A stretch of 58,238 nt of DNA from Bacteroidales bacterium. Its GTDB lineage: Bacteria; Bacteroidota; Bacteroidia; Bacteroidales; UBA932. The notes under the pieces are model-generated. The model saw only the letters and a program-made list of their open reading frames with translations. It did not search any database and was not told the DNA's origin. Location of the stretch: the NCBI GenBank assembly GCA_016295455.1, contig JAEDLE010000001.1, positions 1 to 58,238 of the forward strand, given 5' to 3'. Within the stretch, counting starts at the first letter, position 1. The number at the start of each line of letters is the position of its first letter. The position numbers and the translations under genes are program-made. Below are positions 10,344 to 20,044 of this stretch, in pieces.

Positions 10344-10961
10344 ATGAAAAAGACATCACTCATCATCAGCGTCATCGCACTCGCTGCCGCTGCCACAAGT
10401 TTCCAGGCCTGCAACAACTCTACATCTGCCGAAGGCGGCGAAAACGCTGCCGTTACGGCATCGGCGGAGAAGGGCGCGATCGTTTATTTCAACCTTGACA
10501 GGGTGCTCAGGGAATATGACATGGCCAACGAGCTCCGTTCAGCAGTGGAATCAAAGGTTCAGAGCATCGACCAGGAAGTCACCCGCAGGGGCAACAAGCT
10601 TCAGAGCGATGTGAACGCTTTCCAGGAGAAGATCAACAAGGGTCTCATCACCCGTTCAGTAGCCGAGGTCCAGAGCCAGAAGCTCGCCGAGCAGCAGCAG
10701 GAGTTCCAGAACTATGCTGCCCAGAAGGAGCAGGAAATCAACGAAGAGCAGGCAGTCATGATGAACCAGCTCGCTGACGCCATCGACAAGTTCGTGAAGA
10801 AGTTCAACGAGACCAAGAAGTACGCCCTCATCCTCACCACCCAGGGAGAGATGCTCTCCGCACCGGTGGTAACAGGTGACGCTGCCCTCGACATCACCGA
10901 CGAGATAATCGCCGGACTCAACGAGGAGTACGTTTCCAACAAGTCCAAGGAAAGCAAGTGA
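10344..10961 (+). CDS. OmpH/Skp-family protein, probable lipoprotein
   Basis: IVYFNLD, coiled coil, DITDEII; lipobox-like FQAC; own TAGTTTTG at 10293-10300. Confidence 0.8.
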   Translation: MKKTSLIISVIALAAAATSFQACNNSTSAEGGENAAVTASAEKGAIVYFNLDRVLREYDMANELRSAVESKVQSIDQEVTRRGNKLQSDVNAFQEKINKGLITRSVAEVQSQKLAEQQQEFQNYAAQKEQEINEEQAVMMNQLADAIDKFVKKFNETKKYALILTTQGEMLSAPVVTGDAALDITDEIIAGLNEEYVSNKSKESK

Positions 10962-10969
10962 TACGCTGA

Positions 10970-12661
10970 ATGATGAAGAGGGTTCTCGCGACATTAGCGC
11001 TGATACTGGCCTTTCAGGTCCAGGCAGTCGTGGCACAGGACTATGTGCAGCCGCCAATCACGGTATCCAGGGACAAGATCCGTGACAGCGAAGGCAGGCT
11101 GTACTACTCCCACGTGGTGCTCGAGAAGCAGACCCTCTTTTCGATAGCGAAGGCCTACGGCGTCACGGTCGACCAGATCTGTGACGCCAACAGGGAATTC
11201 GACCTCAGGAACGAAGGCCTCAGGAAGAACACCATACTCCGCATCCCCATCGTATCCGAAGGGGAGACATCCTCAAAGAATGACGACAAAGCGTCAGAGC
11301 AGGAGTCCAAAACAGTTCAAGTGGCTGTGCCACAGGACAATGCCCGCATCCACGTGGTAAAGTGGTTCGAGAGCCTGGAGGATATAGCCGCCAAGTACGG
11401 GGTCAGCTCCGAAGCCATAGCCGCGGCAAACGGCCTTAAGAACGGCAAGGTAAAGACTAGGATGAAACTGGTCATACCCGAAGGGGAGACGGCCGTAGCC
11501 GAACTTGAAGAAGCGGTTCCCGCTGCTGAAGAGGAAGATTCCGCCACCCAAGAGAAAGGCGGGGAGGGCACACTCGACAGGATACATGGTACAATCGACG
11601 ACTTCTTCGACAGGTTCGCGCCGCGCAAGGAGGTCAACGCCATGCTCATCCTTCCTTTCAGCGCAGCCGCCGGCCCGAACGTCAACAGCTTTGATTTCTA
11701 CTCGGGTTTCCTTATGGGTATCAGGGATTTGGGCCAGATGGGAATAAGCACCAACCTGCAGGTATATGATGCCCGGCAGGGCAGGATTCCGGTCGGTGCG
11801 GAAGCCGTTTCGTCCAACGACCTGGTCATCGGTCCCATATCAAGCCGTGACCTGGGGAATCTCCTGGCCATCGACAGCACCCGCACACCGGTCGTCTCGC
11901 CTCTGGACCACAAGGCCGGAGCCCTCACCGAAGGCAGGCATCATTTCATACAGGCCCCGACATCATATGACGTCCAGTACGAGGATATGGTGGACTGGAT
12001 CAGGCACGACCTCTCCGCAGGGGACAAGGTCCTGATGATTTCCGAAAAGGGAGCCGCATCCACGGAACTGCCCGCAAGGATGGATGCCCTGCTGCGCAAC
12101 TCCGGGGTGGAATATACGCCATATTCCTACAGCATACTTCAGGGAAGGAACGTGGGCGACGCGCTGGCCTCGCTCATGGGCAAGGGATTGAACAGGGTGA
12201 TCATCGCCTCCGAGAGCGAGGCTTTCGTGAACGACGTGGTCAGGAACCTCAACCAGCTGGTGTTCCGCAAACACGAAATCGTGCTCTACAGTTCTTCCCG
12301 CATCAGGGCATACAACACCATAGACGTGGAGAACCTGCACAACCTGAGGATGCACGCGTCACTCTCATACAACATCGACTACGACTCCCCGCAGGTCAAG
12401 CGCTTCCTCCTCGAATACAGGGCGCTCTACGGCACCGAGCCTACCCAGTTCTCATTCCAGGGATATGACATCGCCAGATTCTTCATCGCGGCCTGCGCCG
12501 AATATGGCAAGGGATGGCTGGAAAAGCTCGCATCCATGAACAGGATGCAACTGCTGCAGAATGACTTCCTCTTCGCGGAAGAAGAAGACGGAGGCTTCGT
12601 GAACCAGGGAATCAGAAGGGTAGTCTATACGACTGACTACAAGATAGAATCATACAGGTAA
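10970..12661 (+). CDS. LysM-domain protein with C-terminal periplasmic-binding-protein-like (PBP1) domain
   Basis: Two LysM repeats (HVVLEKQTLFSIAKAYGV; HVVKWFESLEDIAAKYGV), LILPF...DFYSGFLMG...IGP, QGYD. Confidence 0.85.
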   Translation: MMKRVLATLALILAFQVQAVVAQDYVQPPITVSRDKIRDSEGRLYYSHVVLEKQTLFSIAKAYGVTVDQICDANREFDLRNEGLRKNTILRIPIVSEGETSSKNDDKASEQESKTVQVAVPQDNARIHVVKWFESLEDIAAKYGVSSEAIAAANGLKNGKVKTRMKLVIPEGETAVAELEEAVPAAEEEDSATQEKGGEGTLDRIHGTIDDFFDRFAPRKEVNAMLILPFSAAAGPNVNSFDFYSGFLMGIRDLGQMGISTNLQVYDARQGRIPVGAEAVSSNDLVIGPISSRDLGNLLAIDSTRTPVVSPLDHKAGALTEGRHHFIQAPTSYDVQYEDMVDWIRHDLSAGDKVLMISEKGAASTELPARMDALLRNSGVEYTPYSYSILQGRNVGDALASLMGKGLNRVIIASESEAFVNDVVRNLNQLVFRKHEIVLYSSSRIRAYNTIDVENLHNLRMHASLSYNIDYDSPQVKRFLLEYRALYGTEPTQFSFQGYDIARFFIAACAEYGKGWLEKLASMNRMQLLQNDFLFAEEEDGGFVNQGIRRVVYTTDYKIESYR

Positions 12662-12689
12662 TGCTGCGGCTGAACCCTCGAAACGGGGG

Positions 12690-14357
12690 TCAGGCCTTGC
12701 CCATCAGGGCACGCGCATTTGCGATGGCGGCTTCGGATACAGCAGAACCGCTCAGCATCCTGGCAATTTCCATTACACGGTCATCACCGGCAAGCCGGTC
12801 GATGGCCGTTTTCGCAATTCCGTCCGGGGAAATGGTCTTGCTGACCAGAAAGTGGGCGCTGCCCTTGACCGCAACCTGGGGCAGGTGGGTGATGGCGAAG
12901 ACCTGCATATGCTCCCCCATGGAGCAGATCAGGGCTCCCATCTTGTCGGCGACACTACCGGAGACGCCGGTGTCGATTTCATCGAAAATCATCGAAGGCA
13001 TATTGGCATATCTTGCCATTACAGCCTTGAGACAGAGCATAATACGCGACAGTTCGCCTCCTGATGCGCAATTTGCCAGCGCCACCGGTTTCGAACCCGA
13101 AGCAGAGAACAGGAAAGTCACCGCATCCGTCCCGGCAGGACCAGGAGCGGAAGACTCCAGGCTTATGCCGAATACGGCCCTCTCCATCTCGAGGGTACGG
13201 ACCATCTCCTGTATTTCGGCCGCGAGTTCAGGCGCGCGCTTGCTGCGACGCTGATGGAGTTCCGCGCACAGCGAGGCATATTCGGAAGAAAGGTCCGCCT
13301 CCTTCCGTTCAAGGGCGGATATGCGTTCGTCAAGGTCCTCACCACCGTGGACGCGTCCGGAAAGGACATCCCTCTGCGCGATGAGTTCAACCTCATTGCG
13401 GCAGTTGAAGCGGCGCAGGAGTTCATACAGCAGGCTCATCCTCTCCTCTGTCCTGGCAAGGGATTCGGAGGAGTCCTCAATACCTGTGCCGAGGCCGCGG
13501 ACCTCGTCCAGAACGTCCGACAGTTCAAGCCTTGCGGACTCAATCCTGCCTGCAAGTGTCCGGGCTTCAGGGAGGTAAGCAGAAATGTGACCCAACTGCC
13601 TCTCGCATTCCTTCAGCAGGGAAGCAAGGCTCCTGCCCTCATCCTCCTGAGGCTCCATCAGGGCATCCACCGACAGCAGTGAAGACTTTATCTGCTCCGC
13701 GTTCGCCAGAGTCTTCTGACGGCTTTCCAGCTCCTCCAGCTCCCCTTCCCTGAGGGCGGCAGCCGTAAGCTGGGCCAGTCTCGCCTCGTCATATTCACGC
13801 TGGGCTGCCAAGCTTTCTTTCTCCTCCCTGAGGCCGCGTATTTCCTTCCTGACTGAAGCGAGGCCGGAATATGCCGCCGAGCAGCGCGCGAGAAGGTCCG
13901 GATTTCCGCAGAAATGGTCCAGCAGGGAAAGCTGGTGCTGTCCCGAAGTGACCATAAGTGTCTGGTGCTGGGAGTGTATGTCCATCAGATATGAGGACAT
14001 CCTCGCGAGCAGGGCCTGGGACACCGGTTCGTCGTTGACGAAGGCACGGGAACGGCCCGAGCGCGAAAGCACTCTCCTGACCGTCACGGAACCGCCGTTC
14101 CAGTCCAGGTCCTCCTCACTGAAGAGTTCCTGAAGCGGAGAAGCCGGCAGTTCGAAAAGGGCTTCCACCACACAGTTCTCGGCGGACTCCCCCACCATGG
14201 AGGAATCGGCCTTGGCACCGAGCAGCAGCGAAATCGCTCCAAGCAATATGGACTTTCCGGCACCTGTCTGGCCGGTAATAATGACGAGACCCGCCGGAAA
14301 CTCAATGTCCAGCGAGTCTATCAGTACGTAATTTCTTACCTGAAGCGTCTTCAGCAT
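12690..14357 (-). CDS. recN: DNA repair protein RecN
   Basis: Walker A TGQTGAGKS, IHSQH, ASGGELSR, IFDEIDTGVSG, ITHLPQV. Confidence 0.97.
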   Translation of the reverse strand: MLKTLQVRNYVLIDSLDIEFPAGLVIITGQTGAGKSILLGAISLLLGAKADSSMVGESAENCVVEALFELPASPLQELFSEEDLDWNGGSVTVRRVLSRSGRSRAFVNDEPVSQALLARMSSYLMDIHSQHQTLMVTSGQHQLSLLDHFCGNPDLLARCSAAYSGLASVRKEIRGLREEKESLAAQREYDEARLAQLTAAALREGELEELESRQKTLANAEQIKSSLLSVDALMEPQEDEGRSLASLLKECERQLGHISAYLPEARTLAGRIESARLELSDVLDEVRGLGTGIEDSSESLARTEERMSLLYELLRRFNCRNEVELIAQRDVLSGRVHGGEDLDERISALERKEADLSSEYASLCAELHQRRSKRAPELAAEIQEMVRTLEMERAVFGISLESSAPGPAGTDAVTFLFSASGSKPVALANCASGGELSRIMLCLKAVMARYANMPSMIFDEIDTGVSGSVADKMGALICSMGEHMQVFAITHLPQVAVKGSAHFLVSKTISPDGIAKTAIDRLAGDDRVMEIARMLSGSAVSEAAIANARALMGKA

Positions 14358-14362
14358 ATGAA

Positions 14363-14683
14363 CTATTCCTCCTCGTGCTTTGCAGTACGGTAGTCCAGGT
14401 CACCTTCCATGAACTCCTCGATGGCTACAAGGCCCGGTTTCGGCTGACGCTCATAGTACTTGGAGATTTCGATCTGCTCCCTGTTCTCGAACATCTCCTC
14501 CATCGAATCGCGCTCGTTCTTGAAATCCTCGAGCTTCTTTGTGAGTTCCTTCTTCTCAGCCGCGGCAATCTGGTTGGCCCTCTTATAGAGGACTACGGTG
14601 GTCTTGTAGATGTTGCCGGTCGGCTCGGCGAGATACTTGATATCCCTTGTGACCGTGTTTGTCGGTACTTTCTTTCTGTCCAT
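14363..14683 (-). CDS. rpoZ: RNA polymerase omega subunit (Bacteroidetes type)
   Basis: TGNIY...KRANQI, ENREQIEISKYYERQPKP; located after bamD. Confidence 0.88.
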   Translation of the reverse strand: MDRKKVPTNTVTRDIKYLAEPTGNIYKTTVVLYKRANQIAAAEKKELTKKLEDFKNERDSMEEMFENREQIEISKYYERQPKPGLVAIEEFMEGDLDYRTAKHEEE

Positions 14684-14754
14684 AATTTATTGTCTCTTTC
14701 CTTGTTTTATCATAAATACGCCTGCCCCCGAGCGGAGGTTTCAAAATTTTCGGA

Positions 14755-15645
14755 TCATTTCCCCGAAGCCTTCTCCGTGCTCTTGAGCTCCTTCTCGAGA
14801 GTCCTGTCATCCACCTTCAGCAGATCCTCCGAGCCGGTATATTTGCCCAGCGCCTTCTGCGCCCTCGCATAGAGCACATCCAGCTCGCGGCGGTACGGCG
14901 ATTCGGGAAGCTCGCCAACGAAATTCAGGTAATCGTCCATGAAGGTCAGATAACGCTCCTTCTGTTTCTCCCTGACGCTCAGGGAAGCATATTTATATGA
15001 CGACTTGGCGATATAGTAGAGTATGTCCTCCCTGTAGATATTGTCCGCGTCATCCTTGAGTATGTTCTTGAAAGCCACCCTGGAGGCTATGTAGTCCTCC
15101 ATCTTGTAATAGAGTTTCGCGGCTTCATATGCCTTCCTGTCAAGCCTCCCGTTCAGTTCGTTGACCATTACGGCGCAGTCTCCGGTGTGGTCGTTCCCCG
15201 GGAACTCCCTCAGGTACTCGCTGATGGCGTTCAGCGCCATATGCGTAGGGGTCTGGTCAAGCTCGTAGCGCAGGGTCTGGCGGTAGAGGCAGTCGATCCT
15301 GAGGAAACGGGCCTCGGATGCGAACGGGCTTCTCGGGAAATTGGTCACGAAACGGTCGAAGTTGGTCTCGGCGGTATAGAAGTCCTTGTACCTGTAGTTG
15401 CTCAGGCCCCAGTAATACTGGACGGTGTCATCCCTTTCGGTTCCGTTCGTGAGCACGGAAAGGGATTCGAACAGGGCAGCTGCCTTATAGTACTTGCCCT
15501 CATTGAAATATGCCATCGCGGCGTCGTACTTGAGATTCACGTCCGAGCTGTTCAGCACAATGTCATACTGCGACTTGCAGGATACTGCAGCAACTGCTGC
15601 GAGCACTGCGGCAAAGAATCTTGAGACCTTCATCTTCTTGATCAT
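14755..15645 (-). CDS. bamD: Outer membrane protein assembly factor BamD
   Basis: Lipobox AVSC, TPR helices, FPRSP, LDQTPT, AAKLYYKMEDY. Confidence 0.92.
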   Translation of the reverse strand: MIKKMKVSRFFAAVLAAVAAVSCKSQYDIVLNSSDVNLKYDAAMAYFNEGKYYKAAALFESLSVLTNGTERDDTVQYYWGLSNYRYKDFYTAETNFDRFVTNFPRSPFASEARFLRIDCLYRQTLRYELDQTPTHMALNAISEYLREFPGNDHTGDCAVMVNELNGRLDRKAYEAAKLYYKMEDYIASRVAFKNILKDDADNIYREDILYYIAKSSYKYASLSVREKQKERYLTFMDDYLNFVGELPESPYRRELDVLYARAQKALGKYTGSEDLLKVDDRTLEKELKSTEKASGK

Positions 15646-16574
15646 AAGTTGTTCTCGAGGAGGTAACGTTCCACATCAAGGGCGGCACGGCATCCCGATG
15701 CGGCGGCGGTAACAGCCTGCCTGTAGCGCGGGTCCTGAACGTCACCGGCAGCGAAGACGCCCTCGACACTGGTCCTCGAACTGCCGTCCAGGGTGACGAT
15801 ATAGCCATTCTCGTCCAGCTTGAGCCAATCCTTGAAAAGCTCGGAGTTGGGATGATGGCCTATGCCCAGGAAAAAGCCGTCCACGTCGATATCAAAAACC
15901 TTACCATCCTTTCTGAGCAGACGCACTCCGGTGACACCGTTCATGTCCCCGAGCACCTCCTGAGTGTTGCAGTTCCAGAGGATCTCGATGTTTGCGGTGT
16001 TCATCACACGCTCCTGCATGGCCTTGGAAGCCCTGAGCACGTCCCTGCGGACTATCATGTACACCTTGCTGCATATGCCGGCAAGATAGCTGGCCTCCTC
16101 GCAGGCAGTGTCGCCGCCTCCGACCACGGCAACGGTCTTCTTCCTGTAGAAAAACCCGTCACAGGTGGCGCATGCGGACACTCCCATACCCTTGAACCTG
16201 TTCTCGGAAGGCAGTCCCAGATACCTTGCGGACGCTCCCGTGGCGACAATCACGCTGTCGGCGACCAGTTCGTTGTCCTTGTCGTCCGTCAGGCGGAAAG
16301 GCCTGGAGGAGAAATCGACCGAGCGTATGCGGCCGCGGCGTATGTCGGTGCCGAAACGCAGGGCCTGTTTCTTCATCTGGTCCATCAGGATGTTGGCATC
16401 AACGCCCTCCGCGAAACCCGGGTAATTCTCAACCACGGTCGTGGTCGTGAGCTGTCCTCCCGGTTCCATGCCCTCATAGAGCACAGGCGAGAGACCTGCC
16501 CTGGAAGCATAAATGGCTGAGGTATATCCGGCCGGGCCGGAACCTATGATGAGTGTTCTTATCTTCTCTGGCAT
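15642..16574 (-). CDS. trxB: Thioredoxin-disulfide reductase
   Basis: IIGSGPAG, GGQL, SACATCDG, VGGGDTA, FAAGDV; start reassigned to MPEKIR. Confidence 0.97.
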   Translation of the reverse strand: MPEKIRTLIIGSGPAGYTSAIYASRAGLSPVLYEGMEPGGQLTTTTVVENYPGFAEGVDANILMDQMKKQALRFGTDIRRGRIRSVDFSSRPFRLTDDKDNELVADSVIVATGASARYLGLPSENRFKGMGVSACATCDGFFYRKKTVAVVGGGDTACEEASYLAGICSKVYMIVRRDVLRASKAMQERVMNTANIEILWNCNTQEVLGDMNGVTGVRLLRKDGKVFDIDVDGFFLGIGHHPNSELFKDWLKLDENGYIVTLDGSSRTSVEGVFAAGDVQDPRYRQAVTAAASGCRAALDVERYLLENNL

Positions 16575-16736
16575 ACGTATAAACATAAATTTTGCGAATA
16601 TACTCAATATTTCCGGAATATGCCCGATTCGGGTACTTGAGTTTCCCGGACGGGTCCAGGTCAGACTGAAAACCTGCGGCGGGGAAAAGTTTCGCAAGGG
16701 GTTATGGCAAAAAATGCTGGTATATTCAAAAATTGC

Positions 16737-16744
16737 TATATTTG
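16737..16744 (+). promoter_or_regulatory. Sigma-A -7 element (TATATTTG) for Fur-family gene
   Basis: TAnnTTTG ending 37 bp upstream of ATG 16781. Confidence 0.6.
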
Positions 16745-16780
16745 TATGTCGGGCACAGCAAATCGAAGAACTTGGTCATT

Positions 16781-17242
16781 ATGAAAACTGACAGGAACCA
16801 TCCCGCTCCTCCCACAATGGAAGAGTTCAGGGACTATCTCAAGCGACACGGTATGAAGGCCACCCCACAGAGGATGGCCGTCCACGAGGCCATGCTCAAG
16901 TTGGGTCACGCCAGCGCCGACATGGTCGCCGGTACCATCAGCGAGAACGGCAGGGAGGCGACCGTCGCGTCAGTGTACAACATCCTTTCCGGCCTCTCGG
17001 AAGCAGGGGTTTACCACAGAAGGCTCAGTTCCTACAACAAGATGTACTTCGACGTGAACAGCTTCAACCATATTCACCTCTATGACAGCGCGAACAACTC
17101 CTACACGGATTTCATCGACGACGAGCTCCTGGACCTGGTGACGGAGAAGTTGGGAAAGAAGCGTTTCAAGGGCTACAAGGTCGACTACATCGATGTCCAG
17201 ATAGTCTGCCATCCGAGCAGGAAAAAAGCCGTGAAGCAATGA
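16781..17242 (+). CDS. Fur-family transcriptional regulator, PerR-like
   Basis: KATPQR, HASAD, ASVYNIL HTH, YFD...HIH...D; no CxxC motifs. Confidence 0.88.
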   Translation: MKTDRNHPAPPTMEEFRDYLKRHGMKATPQRMAVHEAMLKLGHASADMVAGTISENGREATVASVYNILSGLSEAGVYHRRLSSYNKMYFDVNSFNHIHLYDSANNSYTDFIDDELLDLVTEKLGKKRFKGYKVDYIDVQIVCHPSRKKAVKQ

Positions 17243-17916
17243 GGAAGACGCTTGCAATCCTGGCAGCGGCGCTGCTGCTCCCCTCCTGCGCCAAGGACGC
17301 CGCAGTACCTGTCGGCGATGTGACCACGGCGGGTTTCGTTCGCGAGGCTGCCCTGGTGGACGACACGGGGCAGATATTCAACATCTGCGAAGACAGCAGC
17401 GATGCAGGCCTGAATGACGGGGACAGGGTGATCGCAACCTTCGACATACTCCGGAAGAATACGGACGGCAGCTACGACATAAGCATCACCGATGCGGAGA
17501 AACCCCTCTGCAAGGCAGCCGTGGAGGAAAGCGACATCGAGGGAGACGACCCCATATCAATAGACAACGGCTGGATTTCCGGAACCTATCTCAATCTCCG
17601 CATGCACCTGATACTCAAGAATTCAAGTTCAACCGTGCACAGGCTTGAACTGGTGCGTTACAGTCCCGGGGAGACCGACACCCTGAGACTCAGGCTCAGG
17701 CACGATGCATATGGCGACGTGTTTGACGGCAGCCAGAACCCGTCCGGATTCGTGGCGGGAACGACCTGGGCGAGCTTTGACCTGAAAGAGCTGATTCCTT
17801 CAGGAAAGAAGGAGATTCCCGTGACCATACGGAGCCGCCGCTATAGCGAAAGGCTAGGAAGCATCGACTACACCTCCACCGAGCTCTACAGCATCAAGGG
17901 CAAGATAAGTCTCTGA
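17239..17916 (+). CDS. NigD-like lipoprotein
   Basis: Lipobox LPSC; GDRVIATF OB-like part, GDDPI...WISGTYLNL...H.LEL...LRLRHDAYGD...SFDL. Confidence 0.75.
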   Translation: MRKTLAILAAALLLPSCAKDAAVPVGDVTTAGFVREAALVDDTGQIFNICEDSSDAGLNDGDRVIATFDILRKNTDGSYDISITDAEKPLCKAAVEESDIEGDDPISIDNGWISGTYLNLRMHLILKNSSSTVHRLELVRYSPGETDTLRLRLRHDAYGDVFDGSQNPSGFVAGTTWASFDLKELIPSGKKEIPVTIRSRRYSERLGSIDYTSTELYSIKGKISL

Positions 17917-17932
17917 CATTCAACAAGAAAAT

Positions 17933-17967
17933 AAAAAAGCCGGGTGAATCGAACTTCATCCGGCTTT
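17933..17967. terminator. Bidirectional terminator between NigD-like gene and tRNA-His
   Basis: AAAGCCGGGTGAA/TTCATCCGGCTTT inverted repeat. Confidence 0.8.
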
Positions 17968-17971
17968 CCCG

Positions 17972-18048
17972 TGGGGTATCCAGTGGGGCTCGAACCCACG
18001 ACACCCAGAACCACAATCTGGTGCTCTACCAACTGAACTATGGATACC
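17972..18048 (-). tRNA. tRNA-His(GTG) with encoded G-1 and CCA
   Basis: G-GTATCCA...CCAGA-TTGTGGT-TCTGG...GTGGG-TTCGAGC-CCCAC-TGGATAC-C-CCA. Confidence 0.97.
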
Positions 18049-18060
18049 ATGTTGGGATTG

Positions 18061-18148
18061 CAAAGGTACGCAATAATTCCTAAAAAGCAATAGCGTGCCA
18101 ATTTTTTTTTAAAATCGGCATATTCCCCCGATTAATTGCCTATATTTG
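18061..18148. promoter_or_regulatory. Divergent sigma-A promoters for tRNA-His and carboxyltransferase gene
   Basis: TACCTTTG on minus (18061-18068); TATATTTG on plus (18141-18148). Confidence 0.6.
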
Positions 18149-18235
18149 TACGATTTTGGGTTTTTGTAACCCGGTCCGGACCGGCGCCGCAAGCCGGAAA
18201 AAAGAAAACGGAATAACAATAGTCATATCACATTT

Positions 18236-20020
18236 ATGAAAGGTGAAATCAAATTCTCCCTCGTCTACAGGGATATGTGGCAGTCATCCGGAAAATACGT
18301 CCCGAGAGTCGACCAGCTCGTGGAAGTGGCTCCTGCGATCATTGACATGGGCTGCTTCGACAGGGTCGAGACCAACGGAGGCGCATTCGAGCAGGTGAAC
18401 CTCCTGTTCGGCGAGAACCCTAACGTGGCCGTACGCAAATGGACCGCGCCGTTCCACAAGGCCGGAATCCAGACCCATATGCTCGAGAGAGGACTCAACG
18501 CCCTCCGAATGAACCCTGTACCGGCAGACGTGAGGGAACTGATGTTCAAGGTGAAGAAGAAGCAGGGCACCGACATCGCCAGGTCCTTCTGCGGACTGAA
18601 CGACCACAGGAATCTCAAGCTTTCCGTCGAATATGCCAAGAAGGGAGGCATGATCTCCCAGGTGGCGCTCTCCATCACCAACTCACCTGTCCACACCGTC
18701 GAATACTATATGGGCATAGTCGACAAGGTGGTGGAATATGGTGCTGACGAGATCTGTCTCAAGGACATGGCCGGCATAGGCCGCCCAAATTTCCTCGCTC
18801 AGCTCACTTCACAGATCAAGAAGAAATACCCTCACATCAAGGTACAGTACCACGGACACACAGGTCCCGGCTTCTCCCCTGCCTCAATGCTGGAGGTGGC
18901 ACGCGCTGGCGCCGACTATCTCGACGTTGCAGTGGAGCCGCTCTCATGGGGCAAGGTCCATCCTGACGTGATCACCATCAGGGAGATGATGAAGGCCGAC
19001 GGCTTCAAGGTCAAGGACCTCAACATGGACGCATATATGGAAGTGAGGAGACTCACCCAGAAGTTCATCGACGACTTCCTCGGCTACTGGATCAACCCTT
19101 CCAACGCGAAGATGTCCTCACTCCTGGTGGGCTGCGGACTTCCGGGCGGAATGATGGGCTCGATGATGGCCGACCTCAAGGGCTTCCAGGGCGCGATAAA
19201 CGCTACCGAAAGGGCGCACGGCAGACCGGAGATGAGTCTCGACACCCTGATGGTCAAGCTCTTCCAGGAAGTTGAATACGTATGGCCCCGCCTGGGATAT
19301 CCACCGCTCGTGACCCCGTTCAGCCAGTATGTGAAGAACACCGCGCTGATGAACCTGCTCAACACCCTCAACGGCAAGCCGAGATGGACCACCATCGACA
19401 AGGACACCTGGGGCATGATACTCGGAAAGATGGGCAAGCTCCCGGGCGAACTCGCTCCGGAAATCGTGGAACTCGCAAAGGAGAAAGGCCTCGAATTCTA
19501 CACCGGAGACCCTCAAGACCCATATCCGGACGAGCTTCCTAAGTTCAGGCAGATGATGAAGGAAGAAGGCTGGGACGAAGGCGAGGACCAGGAGGAACTC
19601 TTCGAATTCGCAATGCACGAGCGCCAGTACCGCGACTACAGGAGCGGCATCGCAAAACAGCGCTTCAACACCGAGCTCGAAGACCTCAAGAAGAAAGCCG
19701 GAGCCCCTATCACGGTCGTAAGGCCGGTAGTCGAGATGCCGGAATTCGACGTAAAGGAATATGCCGACAGATACCCTCACGCCGTTCCTCTCCAGGCTCC
19801 TGCAAAGGGCAAGCTCATGTGGGAATATGACGTCGTGGACAACTCCGCCGCACCTATAGCAGGAACAGCCGTAAAGGCCGGAGAGCCTGCAGGTTACGTC
19901 CAGACCGCATATGGTATGGAGGAGATAATTCCTGCAGTTGACGGCCGCATCGTCGCAGTCCTCGGAAAGCAGGGCAAGGAAGTGGTCAAGGGAGAAATCG
20001 TCGCATTCGTCGAGAAATAG
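18236..20020 (+). CDS. Oxaloacetate decarboxylase alpha / pyruvate carboxylase subunit B-like carboxyltransferase with degenerate biotinyl domain
   Basis: RDMWQS, LKDMAG, QYHGH, LPGGM, GYPPLVTPFSQ; C-terminal biotin/lipoyl-like fold. Confidence 0.88.
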   Translation: MKGEIKFSLVYRDMWQSSGKYVPRVDQLVEVAPAIIDMGCFDRVETNGGAFEQVNLLFGENPNVAVRKWTAPFHKAGIQTHMLERGLNALRMNPVPADVRELMFKVKKKQGTDIARSFCGLNDHRNLKLSVEYAKKGGMISQVALSITNSPVHTVEYYMGIVDKVVEYGADEICLKDMAGIGRPNFLAQLTSQIKKKYPHIKVQYHGHTGPGFSPASMLEVARAGADYLDVAVEPLSWGKVHPDVITIREMMKADGFKVKDLNMDAYMEVRRLTQKFIDDFLGYWINPSNAKMSSLLVGCGLPGGMMGSMMADLKGFQGAINATERAHGRPEMSLDTLMVKLFQEVEYVWPRLGYPPLVTPFSQYVKNTALMNLLNTLNGKPRWTTIDKDTWGMILGKMGKLPGELAPEIVELAKEKGLEFYTGDPQDPYPDELPKFRQMMKEEGWDEGEDQEELFEFAMHERQYRDYRSGIAKQRFNTELEDLKKKAGAPITVVRPVVEMPEFDVKEYADRYPHAVPLQAPAKGKLMWEYDVVDNSAAPIAGTAVKAGEPAGYVQTAYGMEEIIPAVDGRIVAVLGKQGKEVVKGEIVAFVEK

Positions 20021-20044
20021 GCAAACCGGTCCGGCTGAAGGGAT

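Noticed and set aside
18085..18101. Sigma-54-like TGGCACGCTATTGC upstream of tRNA-His (minus strand)
   Set aside because: GG-to-GC spacing is 9, not the required 10, and a sigma-A element already explains the promoter.
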